Assembly (NCBI GenBank): GCA_002633005.1
Contig: NMRA01000113.1
Location: 10,797-74,796 of the forward strand
Direction: 5' to 3'
Length of the DNA stretch: 64,000 nucleotides
Origin: Phoronis australis
Lineage: Eukaryota > Animalia > Phoronida
How positions within the stretch are numbered: the first letter of the stretch is position 1; every line of letters begins with the position of its first letter. The translations under genes and the position numbers were made by a program. The notes below the pieces were generated by a model that was not told the origin of the DNA, ran no database searches, and was given only the letters and a program-made list of their open reading frames with translations. Positions 36,027 to 51,000 of the stretch are shown one piece after another.

Positions 36027-39000
36027 TCATTCTTTCTTCACACGTCTTCTCTCCCTCACCAGCTCACTATCAATCTCATGCTCTTCTCGAACTAATTCTA
36101 CAATAAAAAACATAATTATATCATAATAAAAGACGAAGTAAATGCATAATACACTAAAGAAAATTTCAAAACAATAATTGTGTCTATAAACCAACCTTCC
36201 ATCACAAAAACAAATTTTGACGTAGACCACTTAACAAATTTGTTTGTCATTTTTCCTTAGTCAAAATCTGAGGTGATTTTAGGAACCTGAGACCAGACTT
36301 AACAAGTTGGCTTTTCATAGCGTGTCATTTTATGTGTGGAGAACATGGTCTCAAGAGATAAGCCCCGAGTAAGGAATAAGTTGAGACCAATTTTGCAGTG
36401 GATCCACATTAAACCACACGTCAAGGCAGACAAGCAAAAAAGATTCATTGGTGTATTTTTGGAGTAAAGTTTGTTACAAGCATACCTATACTAGGTTCTA
36501 TGTTAACAAGTTTTATTGCACTCAGAGTTCCATTTGCAAGTACATTTTGATACTATAAAGTACAATGAAAAACGTAAACCATATCAAGATATTTTTCTGA
36601 GAAAAGGGGAAACCAGTCTTCTTTCAAGAGCCAAGGGCAGAGAGTATTATTTACAGGCTTATCCTGCTCAGAATGTTTACGTGTGCATGATGAGCAGAGA
36701 GTATGAGTTACTGACATGCTTATCTGCTCAAAATGTGTACATGTGCCTGATGGGTGGAGGGTATGAGTTACTGAGATTTATCATGCTCAAAATGATGGGT
36801 GGACACAATACGGCAGAAATGTGGAACTTAATTTTATCAGTTTCAGTCTCACAATGATGAGCATTAAGACAACTAACAGCACATTAAGTGCCACTGGACT
36901 CTTTTGACACACCTTCCCTAAATTGCTGTGAGAGAAGTATAATTATTTTTACAGTTGAAAATGACAATTTAGCAATCATTTAGGTGTAATTTAAGTGAGG
37001 AACAACTGTATCATTAGAGTATCTCATCATAACATTACTTACCTGGTAACACTTCTTCCTCCTCCTCAACCTCGTCCTCTTCATCATCAAAGTCCTCTTC
37101 ATTCATATCTCCCTCTTCCCATGTAGCACAGCACAGAGTGTAACAAACCAGAGCTATTACAGCTGCAGGCAGGACGAACATGACACAGAACATGAGACGA
37201 GAGTGCTGCCAAACACCCTGAGTGGAGAAAACGCATGTTTTACTACTAAAAGCAGTGTTGGTAACAATACCATGTTAATCACAACACAAGAGATAAGATA
37301 AGTTAAGACAAACTTTACTGAGTGTATCCTTTCAAAAGTATGTACACATGGTAAAAAACAGAATCAGCGTCTTTCCACTATGAAATCATAAGATAACTAA
37401 TATCATTACGTGCATTACTTTACTTTAGTACCCAAAGGTATTACACCTTTTTTTTCTATAATTAAAAGGCAGGTCCGGGCAAGTTTAGCGAGAAGAATAC
37501 GTGAAAATAGTTTTTCTTCCATCTCGTTAACACTGACATGTTGTGAGACTAACTGTATGATGAAAGTTAACAAATTTGAACAGGACATTTAACAAACTAC
37601 AAAACACTTACTATTACAGTCGTGACAATGTCATAGTAAACTCTTTTTAATCTTTCTTTTACACCAGTGCCACCCAGTGCCTGAAAAAGGAAAGCATTAA
37701 AACCATGGCATTGTTAGAGCAAACACAATTCATTGTACACAAAAATAAATATTTAATAGGCCATTAAAACTACTCAAAAATAGCATGACACAACACTGAT
37801 AATATTGCATTATATAACACAGTGAATGCCTAGGAGAACAGTATTTTAAGGGTTCAAAATTGTTGAAACTAGATCATTGAAATGTTGACCAAACACTAGA
37901 CAGCTGTCGCAAGTTGAATGAAGTCTTAGTTAACAATCCATAACAGGTAACGAGATGGGAGGCGGAAGTGAAGGGGGGGTAATAAGAATGCAGTGAGGTG
38001 CTCACTGGCCCACCTGGACAATATTTAAGAGAACCCGAGTGTAGTCGAAGCTGTCGTGCATTAGACTCAGTTTTATGTAGCTTTTTCAGAATTAGATCCA
38101 TTAACAGAGAAGATAAACGTTGCTCACTAACCGGTATCTTCCCAGCCTTCACATCATCCAAGAACTGAGCCAAAGTCGCAGGTGTCATGTCAGTGGTCAC
38201 AACATCTAGTGGCTGATAATACAGCTGGGACTTTGTGTCCAGGACTAGCAGCGAAGGAGATGGCAAATCTGTCATAGTGATACTCCACACGGCTTCTAAG
38301 TCATCCATCCAGAAAAACTGGAAGGAACTGCAATTACAATGCCTCAATATTAGAAGAAGTAAAATGGAGACAAGCGAGATCATTGTAACTATCTCTGTGA
38401 TTTAAAAACAGAAGGGAAACATTTAGAGGGCACTTGGAAGAAATTTTGAATGTCCTAATTCTAAATAGAAATGGAACCATCAAATACAGACGGAACCTTC
38501 ATATAAGCACACAATGATGGTTAAAAAATAAATGAACTGGTTGGTGCGGTTTTCATATCAAATACCCAACTGAAATACCACTATCTGAAAAAAATCTTTA
38601 TCACAGAAAATGTAGTTCTGATTTCTAAGCAGAGGGCTTGCAATAAATCAAGTTGTACAAGAAACTGCTGTACCTATCCCGTCAGATATGCAAGCACACA
38701 TTAAATCCTTAAAAATAGTGTAACAAAATCACACTATTCCCAATAGGGTATCCCTAACCTAAATAATGCATGCAGATATAATATCACAGTTGACACCTGG
38801 CCACATCGGTATCCAGGGTAACGAGGCATTGATTATTCAAACTTTGTTTACCGAGAATATAAATTTCAAGGACCTGAACCAATATTACTTGTCCCTTATG
38901 CCTCCTATGTTTTAGGAATACAGGACCAGTTATTGAAACAAAAAGAGGTGGTGAACTGGGTGACTCATAGTTTTATCATCAAGCTTTTTTGAGTCTGACC

Positions 39001-42000
39001 AGGTCTCAAATGCAAATGTTAAATGCAGGTGATAACAGGTCACTATAACCTGCAGAAACACAAGAAGACAATAGAATGGACAACAGAATTCTGATGAACA
39101 AAATGATAGATGGAAGATGAAAAACCAGATCACCTTGTTGGTTGGTGTTTCAATATCAAAACATTAGAAATTAATGCTTTAGATGTAAGCTAGTTTCAAT
39201 GAAAACTCATAGATAACAATAATATTAATGGTTGCAAAGTTCTTCAAGCAGGCTGGTGAGCAGTGTCCGTTGCAAATGCAACTGCAGGAGGCCTAAGTAA
39301 TATCTCAGGCCTTTTTGGTGAAGTTTATTTCACAAAATTCCTACACCACTGTCCTATTATCATTGTTAGGTGAAAAGAGAAAAATAATAGAGTAATATGG
39401 AATAAAAATGTTTACTATATTTTTACTTTTAATTTTAATACACGAGGTAAATTATTTGTCATGTATTATCTAAAACAATGAGCAGAAACATGGCAAATCA
39501 CAAAAAGAATGACTGTGTCTGAGAAAGCAAGAAAAAATGAGAAAAGACAAGAATTACTCATTATTTTTTAAAAATCTGAGACCATCATGACAAGTTGCTT
39601 AAATCAAAATAGGCATGTTGGTTCAGTTTTCTGGAAAGAAACAGGCAAAGTAACTTTAAAGATCAAAATGTTTCCATGGGAGCCAAGAAGGAAAACAAAC
39701 ATGAATGGTAGTCTAAACTGTTGAAAAATAAAGGGGTGAGCATGGTGTTGTAAGTGAAAATGTGTCAGAGAAAGCAACAGAGGTAAAAAACACCAATGAA
39801 TACAGATGAAAAGTGATTACGTCACACCCTTAACAACTAACTACATGCTCAAGATTGGAGGCCAACAATATGGCGATGGCTTGTTCAATACAATAGCACA
39901 CTTGTTAAAAAAGTCAAAATTCAGCAAAAATAACTTTTTGAAATCTGAAGCTCATAAAACAGCATGTGTGAACCATACTGATTATAAGTTATTATCCACA
40001 TGTTTTCTTAACCAGAGTTTAACAGGTGATCCAGTTACAACTTGTGACCCAACGTAATTTCCTATAGAGAAGTAACAAGAAACGAGGATGACAGAATCTC
40101 CCAGACTACACCAATACAGTGACGTTACACATTCCATCCATATTACAAATACTGTAGGAAATTACTACGAGAAAGACAATCAATTAGTAAAAGTGACAAA
40201 GTGTAACTTAGGTAACTGTGTTAACAAGACGGGTAGGTAGGTGTAAATTATAGAAATAAGAAGAGAAGAAGTTTGAGATGGAAAAGGAAGTGTTGCAACA
40301 AACAAAATACAGTACAAGCCAAAAGTATTTAAATAAAAGTTTTGGAATTCCCAACATGACAGCTAGGCGGAAGCCAAATTCACCGTCAGAGTCTTCCTTT
40401 GTGACTGAGAATGAAAGGGAATGACCAAGAAAGTTAGTAAGGCAACTTTGCCATTCTGTAATTAGAATTTTGCAGCTTAAATAATTATTGCCATCCATTT
40501 TTGCTTTTAACATAATTACCCTTCATGACGAGGAACAGTATTTTGTGCGGAGAGAACGGTATTTTGTCCCATTACTCTTGTCTTGTACTGTATGAAGAGT
40601 TGACAAAAGAAAACATTCTACTAATCAGTGCTGCAGACGTGACACAACGCACAGTGTAAAAGTTGGTATAAAAGAACATAAAGTGCTGAACAAGGAAACC
40701 CCCATAACAAAGCAAGGACATTAAGGATCATGAAGAGGACACAGATGCTGGTGCATAACATTGGAAATCAAAATTTAAAAAACATGTACAGCAATAAAAC
40801 GAAATGTTGTAGAACATTCTCAAAAATATAAAAATGGACAATGACTTGTTAATTTGATGATAGTCTTACATTTCAACATTTGTCGGCAAATCAATATTTT
40901 ATGCAATTTCTGGCATCCATCTAATCCGAATCAATTATCAAACACATATAAGTGACCATAATAAAAGTTAAACATGCTGAAAGCCACGGCAAGACAAATT
41001 ATGAATGGAATGCAATATCAAACCATTAGCTATTCAAACACAACCAACTCAAAATGTCAGTCACTAAGCGCACTTCACTATTTACGTAATTATAATACAA
41101 ACAAAATCATTTTTCCCATTTATTTTTTTAAAGTTCAACAACAGTTATTGTTTGATTACGCACCATTCAGTAATTAACTTTATTTGCTGGTGCTTGTCAT
41201 GAAAGTTAAAAATTGCATCCATCAAGTAGAACAGCTTTAACATCAACTATTGTTTTTCAGCCTTAGCATATGACATCCTGAATTGTGAAATATCAGGTGC
41301 AGAAGTCCATCCAAAAAACGAGGACATCACATGCTGTCTATATATCTCCACTTGATCAGTGCATCACAAACCACACACCTAAGGACACGACAAAGAGTTC
41401 ATCTAAGTGATCTGTAGATTATGATGCACAGCAACGTGTGTACATTTTAATATATGTTGCACATGCCAACTTCACGTGTTATATTGCATTTGTCATTTCT
41501 GATGTGCTTTTCACTGTGAACTAGTTGTAAATAGTAGCCTGAAGATGAGATATGTGTATCAAAATATGGCTTTTTAAATTATGTTAGCTACTGATGTCGT
41601 TTGGATTTTTATTGCACTGTTGTGATGTAAAGACAAGATCTCTATTTAGTGAGTTTGAAAGAACTGAAATTAAATCAGTAAAAACAGATCAAAGTCGTGT
41701 CTTCAATGAAATATGTATACGAGAAAGATTACTGCCAAATTATAGTGACAGGTGTAGTGGTGAACGTGTATGTACAATATAGTGCCACTTAGTAGTATTA
41801 GTGTTTAGTACTGTATACATGTACATACCAGCATAGTACCAAGTTGTGCTCGTTACTGTACACATGCACGTACTCACTTTTCAGCATAGTAGTACATGTA
41901 CAAGTACATATACATGAACATAGTAGTACCAAGTAGTGTTTAGAACTGCACATATGTACATACAAGTGTAGTACCAATTAGTAGTACTTAGTACTGTATA

Positions 42001-45000
42001 CATGTACATACAAGTATAGTACCAAGTAGTGTTTGGTACAGTACCTGCACATAAATTATGTACATACAAGTTTAGTCATGTACAAAGCAAGTAGTGCTTA
42101 ATACTGTATACATGCAAATACTCACATATACCAATTCGTATGCACATTGCATATACTGAAGAAAACGTTACATCTTTCAAAGAACAATGGCAACAATACC
42201 AAAATATACAGGAGCAAACAGACCTTCTCATAACATAACTTACTTATGATATTTTTCTCTTTCATCTGTGGCAAGTTTTTGAGCAACTCTTTTTATCCTG
42301 AAATAATATAAAAACATATTTACCTAGTGTTAAAGTGTTTGCTACACCGGGCCATTTTTCACTTGAAAACAACACATCTCATACTCAACCATTACGGTAA
42401 ATTTAACCAAATTCAGACACAAATAAGTGCCAAAAATGCATTTTTCAAGGTCTTCTAACCTTGTTGCAAATGGCCACAAATTTTCAAAACTTTGTTTGAT
42501 GGTAGCTGTGGTGCAAAACCTGAACATGGAAAATCATTCAATTTGGTGCTATATATCTTTCTTAGAAAAATGACGAAACAAAATTTCATGTGCCGGCCAT
42601 ATTGTGTCCTAAATCGGTGAGATTTTACCGTAGCTGAACACAGCAATGACACATTAACACAACAATAGTAACGCAGAGTTGAGTTGTGCTCACAATGCTC
42701 TACAATTGGTATGTTTCTAGGGCTGCTTATCAGTTTCATTTACAGCGAAAGAGTGTTAGCACCTCATCTTTTTAGAACTAACATCATACCATAAAGTTTA
42801 TAAAATAAACTGTTTTCAACAATAGCATTGGAGAAATAAAGCACGCTGCATTAAAGGGACAAAGCACAAGGCATCCAAAATTAGCAGGCCTAGTCCACTT
42901 TTTTTCACAAAGAACAACAAAGATAAACACAAAACAATCATGTGCATAGCACTTGTTAGAATCTGGTCAAAACTGGAAGCTGTTGTTTTGTTACGGGTGC
43001 CCCTTTTTAATTTTTGCTAAATTTTACAAAAAATACAGTCAAGTGACCCAATTAATGGTAGATTGGTATAAAGTCAAGCATCAAATTCTAAAGCTTTGTA
43101 CTTTCAGAAAATGTATACTTTTATTGAGTTAAAATGTTTGGCTAAATACACAGACTAGTCAATAAGGTCCTACATAACCTTGCTCAGTGGATGGCAACAG
43201 ACTAGTCAATAAGGTCCTACATAACCTTGCTCAGTGGATGGCAACAGACTAGTCAATAAGGTCCTACATAACCTTGCTCAGTGGATGGCAACAGACTAGT
43301 CAATAAGGTCCTACATAACCTTGCTCAGTGGATGGCAGCCAAATGTTAATTGCACGTTATAATTGTGCTCTAGATATTAATCAAAATTTCAGACTGTAAT
43401 AAATCAAGTTCGACCATATTATTAAACCTTTTCATTGAAGTAATAAATCAATTCTACAATAAATACAAGATACTAAAAACATAATTGTTTACATTGTCAA
43501 CATTGTCAAATCAAATATTTAATATTAAACGCACAACATTCAAGTCAGTACATTCTAATTAAAAAAACTAATACAATAACCAGTAGTTATTACACCACTC
43601 ATATTTAACTTTTGGAACATGTCAATGATTAACTAATTGAATTAAAGCTGATGGTCAGCTAGGAACAACATGTAATTGTTCACAACACTCAATCAAATGC
43701 ATTATAAAGACACAATGCTGCAATAACGTGATTTAGACAAAAAATGACAAAACCAGTGACAAAATTCAGTTGAGCAAATCACGAACTGACATGTTACAAG
43801 TTCAAAAATTGAGCCTTGGGCAGTTTTGCCACGTGGACAAGCTAGCAAAAACTTTACACAACCTAACAACATAGGTGAAGTATTTTAGACACACATGCAA
43901 TTCAAGTGCAAAAACGTGGGGCTTCACTTAAAACAACAAGTTGAAATTGAAAAAATTGACCTCTCCCAGCATCTGGGTGAAACCAATGTCTTTTCTATAA
44001 TGAAGCGTTCTACGCTAAAACTTCAACCACAGACGATTTAAAATGTCAGACATAATGAAAAGAATTTTCACTTGAGTGCCAGGAAGCAGTAGTCGAGGAT
44101 ATTCAAATACCTTTACACAGTGCTGGCTGGTTTAAATTTCACTCAGGGTCAGAAGATTAATCTGATTACAGACAACTGCACTGAGACAGATGTGAGTGGT
44201 GAACTAAGAACTGGGTAATTATTGATGCTGTTCCACTCAAGACCTCAGAGCTTTAACTCAGACCTCACAGTTGGAACCGTTATTAGGAAACTGCAGACAT
44301 ATGCCTCAAAAGATGCAGAACTGGTTAGTAGAAATTATACAAAAGTTGACTGAGAACCATACTGTGAAGCTCTAGACCTGCATGTCTCACCACTGGCAGT
44401 GCCATTCTGTGTCAATGCCTATTGAAGACCACCATATCCCCCTCAAGATGAGTTTACAGGTGTTGATTTTGGTGATTTTATTGATCAGTGCGTCTACAGC
44501 AAAGAGTCGCAATTACTTATTCTCCACTAAGTCATGCAAGTACGAGTTCACGATCAATGAAATGGACGTAAAAAAATGTCCGGGAAGTATGAACTCATTA
44601 GACAGTACAGTGAGAACAGACGATTTAAAAACCATGGATATTGCAAGCAGAGGTCGCACGAAAGACTTAGAAGATAGACTTCTCAACGAGATGGTTCAAA
44701 ACCGAATCTTAAACCAAACCATAGCCAATCAGGAGCTGGTGATGAAAAAAATGGAGGAAATTATTTCGCAACAGACCGAGAACGTGACAAAGTTACACGA
44801 TAAACTGTCACTGCTGGAAAAACATATCTATGATCACGTTAAGGAACAAGGAAAAGAAATGCAACATAAACTTCTAGAAGTGATGGTTAATGTTGGCGAA
44901 CTGAGCTCTGTTGTGGAGAAGAAGTTAAAAGGTTTTAAAACCTCCGAGAAGATGGAAACCACAAAGTCTATTGAGGTGCTGGCAGGAAATGAAGTAACCC

Positions 45001-48000
45001 ACTGTTTACTGTCTCCCAATGTGACACTAGCAAAGGGTAGGTTTGTGCGGGTGCATGAAAATGCGTGCTGTGTATGACAAATAAACTAATCAAACTTCAT
45101 TTTAATTTCAGCAGTGTTCATTACAAAATTTTCAATCGATGTGGCAAAATTAGGGAAACTGCAGGCAAATGAGCTAGGGGCCATTGAATTTTTGAAATGT
45201 TTATAGATATGCCACAAAAGGTTTCTGGGGCTGAGATCTACTAGAAAAAATGATACCTTGTCCAACCAAATAATCAAGTCTTTTATGTTTCAGTATCATG
45301 GCAACTAACTAGGAATAGTAAAACTTAAGGATTAGAATGAAGAATGTAAAAATCATTTTGATGTAAAATGGTGTTTAGTGGCAGCAGTTGTACACAACTG
45401 TTGCACAAGTGCCATACTAGTGTGCAGCATTGTGGGTAAAAATTGCACAGCTAGTCAGAGGGGACATTGTGGTAATATTTTGGGACGTGGTTGCTTATGA
45501 TTCATGAATGACACTCAAAACTTTAAAATGCTAGTTTATGATGTTGATCTGCATTCTTTCTGAAAACAAGGTCGTATGAAACATATTTAGCCATGACAAC
45601 ATATACCAAATCTTCAGTGATCACAGGGACATATAAAATTATAAAATTCACAAAAAATGCTCAGATGATTGTAGTTTTGTGACTGTTTCTGCTATTTAAA
45701 TAAAGATTTTCCTGTTTAAATTAATATTGAAATTAATTTTCATTACTCTTCAGCACATAATTCATCTTTCTGTGATCTCAGGGTGCTGGTATTAAAAACA
45801 GTGTTTTAGAAGAGCTGCGACCTGCAGCTAATATACACAAGTAACTTTTTCTTAACTATATCTAAGATCTATTGCAAGAACTTATTTTTGAAAGCCAAAA
45901 ATCAAATTCTATGGGCTTTCCACTTTCAGAAAAAAATACATTTTTATTAAGTTAAAATCTGGTTTTGTAGATCATTGACTAACTCCACAAACACATGGAT
46001 AAGGCCCTACATAACCAAAAGTAAGAAAACTGATGTCTTCAGTGATCAGTATGCTTGTCTGACAAGCATTTCACACATTCCCCAGACAAAGTCTGAAATA
46101 ATCAGCAATGTTCTTTTAATAACAGAAACAGGTGACATGTGCAGCCTTCAGGATGAGGCTGTTAAGTTAATTACAAGACAAAGGTCAGACGGCAAGTTCC
46201 ATAAACATGACTTAGCATGGAGTTAGTCAATTATTGTAAAACCATTTGCACAATTTTCTAAATGCTGGTTTTTGAACAACTACAATAATAATTTTAAAAT
46301 AAACTTTTAATGAGGCACTCAGCTACTAAGACATAGACATGCTCAATGTAAATAGTGTTTATTCGTTCACACGTTTTCCATAATGGATGCATGTTTTGTG
46401 CTCTGACACAAACAAGATTGTTTGATACAATATCTATCAATTTCCATACGGCATTGTTGCGAACATCACTACATAATTATGCAAACTTGTGCAACTGATT
46501 TCTCGCCAAATTCGATCCTCGTCTCATGAGGCACTAGAAGTATTTCAGGGCTTCGAACTGACAGTTTGTTACTGCGTCAAGCATAGTCTCAAACAATGAT
46601 AGTGTCAGTTCTCTGCAAGCCCACATATGGCTTCTCACCTGAGTTACTAAGTAACAAGTTGTGACCAAGTTTACAGACAGGGGGCAGGTTTGTAGTCACT
46701 TGAGACTATTTTCAAATGATTTGCAAACTCTTGTTAATGAACTTCCTGTTACTACAGCAGACCTTACTGAAACAAATATCAGATGAGCCACTAGCTATTG
46801 CTTTATTTTCTGTAGATTGCGGTGACCTCTATCAACAAGGCCACACAACCAGTGGTGTGTACTATATAAAGCCATTGTACACTCCATGCAGTATTCCCGT
46901 ATGGTGCGACATGGACACTCATCCTGGCGGCTGGCTTGTGCTACAGCGCAGACAGGATGGTAGCGAGAACTTCAACCGCAAATGGGATGACTACCGTAAA
47001 GGTTTTGGTGATGTCTCTGGTGAGTTTTGGCTTGGCAACGACAACCTGTTCCTCTTGACCAACCAGGATCATTACATGCTACGAATTGACTTATGGGATT
47101 TTTTCGACAGCCGCGTATATGCCGAGTATAAGTTCTTCAGAATCGATGGCGAGCGTGACGATTACACTGTACACGTCACCAATCACACAGGAACTGCACC
47201 AGATGGATTCGGAAAACACAATGGCTTGAAGTTCAGTGCAAATGACCGTGATAATGACAAATGGGAAAATTACCATTGTAGTCAGGAATGGGAGGCCGGA
47301 TGGTGGTTCAACAACTGCTGGTATGTCATACTGAATGGCGCCTATCAAAACGCCAGCTCTGTGTCACCTTACAAGGGGATTGCATGGAACGACTGGAAGA
47401 CCGATCAGTTGAAAGCGGTGGAAATGAAGATCAGGCCATCACCTTAGAAACATTTTGCTGAGAAGATATCAAAATAATGGTCTTCCTTCCCACTTCCACT
47501 TGTTTTGGGTAACTGGTAAATTATCAAGATAGTAATACACTCTTTGTATTGTCTAAATACGTGCACAACACTGCTGCATAATCTCAAAAGAAATACAGTA
47601 AAATGTCACCAATCTCAAACAAAAATAATTGCCAAAATTGCCCTTTTTCATTGTTCAAGTGCTTCTCACATCACATTTTATCAACACATCGACTCATAGT
47701 AGCTGTAGTACAGAATTTGAACATAGAAAAGTATTAATTTGAGGTGACATATTTTTCATGAAAAAATGATAAAATAAAATTTCACTAGTTGTCCATGTTG
47801 TGTCCTAACTTGGTGAGATTTTAACTTTTCTGAAGACGGTCAACAGCAAGAAGCTGCATTTCTGTAAGGGGTTGTTTATATACACATGACTGGCAGGGAT
47901 GTGTTGCCGTGGTGGGCAATTTGATGGCTCAATATTGTTACAGGTGTTTTGTTTTTCAGATATTGCTTCAAGGCATAGTGCTTTCAGATTCTGTTTCACA

Positions 48001-51000
48001 CCCATGCTGCGCACTGTTACAACTCAAGGTATTTTGTAGAAGTTTCACTCTGAATGAAATAAATTGCTAGTGTGATTTCAGTGCCACCAATTTAGTGCTT
48101 TACATGACATGCAGCAGCTCTGTAGGTTTAATTTCTAATAATTTTTTCATTATTTGGTATTCAATCACTTTGAGCATCACTTGGATGTGCCTCAATTGAC
48201 ATTTTTAGGAGGGAATTAACTAGTCCTCCATTATTGCTAAAATTGTAATTTTTCTTTTTTCCAAAGTTTGACTACCTTGTCGCCTTCACACTAATGTGCA
48301 CTTTAGTTTGAGAAATTTGACAAAATAAAATTTTAAATGTCTACCTTATTGTGGAGAGTTGCTGTATTAACAGAATCTAAAACTGCATGAATCAAAATGA
48401 CTATGGTAATTCCCACATATTTTTTTTTAACAATCTAAATTAATTATATTTTTCCAATGCTCAGGGACAGTGAAATTAACTGATTAGTACTTACCCTGTA
48501 GTTTAGGAATATATGAAAGTACTGAGTGGATGAGTATGTGAAAACATGTATCCCACGAATAGAATAAAATTAAATGTTAGTCAGTTACTGAAATCTGCTC
48601 GTTGAAGTTAGCTAATTCCAAAGTATGCCAGATTAACAAGTGAAATCAGCTTTATACAAGTCAGTCTAAAATGAACACCATGAATAATAAGATGCTCCTA
48701 AATGCTTCAGAGCTTTTGTTTGAGAAAGGTTGCAAAGTAACTGCTTTACTATTCCACACATTCTAAAGACAAGAGCAACGCAGAGAATTAAAATGCGCCA
48801 ACGACATCACCGCAAACGGTGTGCCTCTGTGGGTGTTTTTAGTATCATAAAAATGGCCATTAGATGGCACAGAATGCATCAAACCCGTTCGAATTGAGAA
48901 GGTGGTGGCATCTCTGTAATACACAATCATTTGCTGATTTAAAATTTCATGAAAATAAGCCAAGGAACTCCTAAGATAAAGAGGCAAACGTAAAAAAAAA
49001 CACAATTGACACTACGGTGCACAGCTATAGCCAGACTGGTCTGAAATTCATCCTCATCTGTTACCATCTCTATAGGAGCCCAACAGCCAAATTTCGCAAA
49101 GATCCTCAAAAGGGTTAAGGAGATACAGCAATAGATGCAAAAAAAAGAAAAACTGCCCTAAAGAGTGCCAGAATAGTCGAAAACCCTGAAAATCAATGTC
49201 AGCATCAGGAACACATCCGCCAATTTTCATAATGATCCTTTGAGTGGTTTGGCAAAAATAACAAAAAAATGGCCACAAGATGGTGTAAAATCTGTCGAAT
49301 CCGTCTGAAAAAGGAAGGAAAGAATCATTGTCTAATTATTATAAACCTATTTGCTGAATTTCAAGAAATTCAATCAAGGAATTCCGAAGATACAGAGGCA
49401 AAGGTATAAAACTAAAATTGCCACTAGGGGGCACAGTGGCATTGGGCTTGGACCAAAACTCATATTCTTCTATCGTCAGTCGCATAGGAACACACCTGCC
49501 AAATTTCAATAGGATCTTGCATGGGTTTAGGAACACACCTGCCAAATTTCAATAAGATCTTGCATGGGTTTAGGAACACACCTGCCAAATTTCAATAAGA
49601 TCTTGCATGGGTTTAGGAACACACCTGCCAAATTTCAATAAGATCTTGCATGGGTTTAGGAGATAAAGTAGCAGCAGCGGTAAACTCAGACAGAGATGAC
49701 AACAATATGCAACCACATAGTATGCAACCACATATAAATATGCGGGCACACAAAAAGGAGAACAACTGTCATATTCTAAAAGAATTGTTTAAAATGACAT
49801 GGCAGCCTACGTGTTCGCTCAAGTGTTGCCAAGTGAATCACTCAGATTCAGAGTCAGTGAGAACCACAAGTAAGTATAATTGTATAACATGGTTCTCACC
49901 CATTTCCTGGGACTTTTTCAGGATGTGATTTTTATTTTCCACGAATTATTTTTTGCACAAAAAGCAGAGGCACGGCAATTCACTGGACTGGTTTTTTATT
50001 GCAGCATAACTAAGCACATGAGTGGCGATGTGAAAGGTTTTTTAATCCCTGCATAAAATTGTTGCCCGCGAATGGTTACCCATTTCTCATCATACAAAAA
50101 CAAGAAGATGGTGTCATCTCCTTAATATATACCTATTTGCCAAATTTCTTGAAAATCTGATGAGGAACCAAGAGGCAAACACAAAAATTAAAATTTCCAC
50201 AAGGTAACACACTGGTAGTCGGATCCATTCATGCCGTCCCACCCATTAAGTGATCTTGGCTAGGATGCTAGATTGACAGCCGAATGGATTGACGGACAGG
50301 GATGATGGCATAATACACCCACATACGCGCACACACACACATAATATGGTGCAATACCATGATTATGCTTGGCCAAAATCAGGCAAGTACCATTTGTAAC
50401 CCAGAAGTGTTTGTGCGACTCACTTCAATGAGCAACATCTCCCAACGAATTGCTCCACAAACAATGCAACAGGCTTAGCTTCAGCAAAATGCACGGTTGT
50501 GAAATTACCCGTGGCTCTGCTCTTCGCTGATGACAGAAAAAAATACAATGCGAATAAAAGTTTTGTTCACCTTACACCTGAGTAAATGATTACCATGTGA
50601 TGGAGAAGCATCAAAGATTTTAAATAATGCAAGAACAAACACTAGTGAGTCACAAACAATACAAAAGATTCAATGTATAAAATATTTTCATTACCGTTGC
50701 TGTTCCAATTTATAATAACAGTTATAATAATAATATTCACAATAATAACAAAATTACAATAAAATTATTAATATTAGTGTTATTGTTCTGGAGTTTAAAA
50801 TTAATTAATTGTTATTACCAGTACTTAGTACATTAGTGTACTTTTGGCTAATCATTTCATACGAGACATAAAAAGAAGTAATCAATTTAAATGAAATTAT
50901 TTTAATGCCAGGTTTCCACCAAAGATTCATAATAAACCAAATTTTGCATCACTTGTACAAAAGTGTGTCATGTGTGACTGGTGTCTTTATGAGTTTGATG

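Noticed and set aside
40519-40590. Possible extra TMX3 exons in introns 8 and 9 (here and at ~48495..48522)
   Set aside because: They have AG/GT flanks but introduce in-frame stops in the required phase, and the 13-exon model is already full length.
43150-43337. CRISPR-like regular repeats (also 49486..49657)
   Set aside because: The units are contiguous with no unique spacers, there are no cas genes, and the context is a eukaryotic intron.
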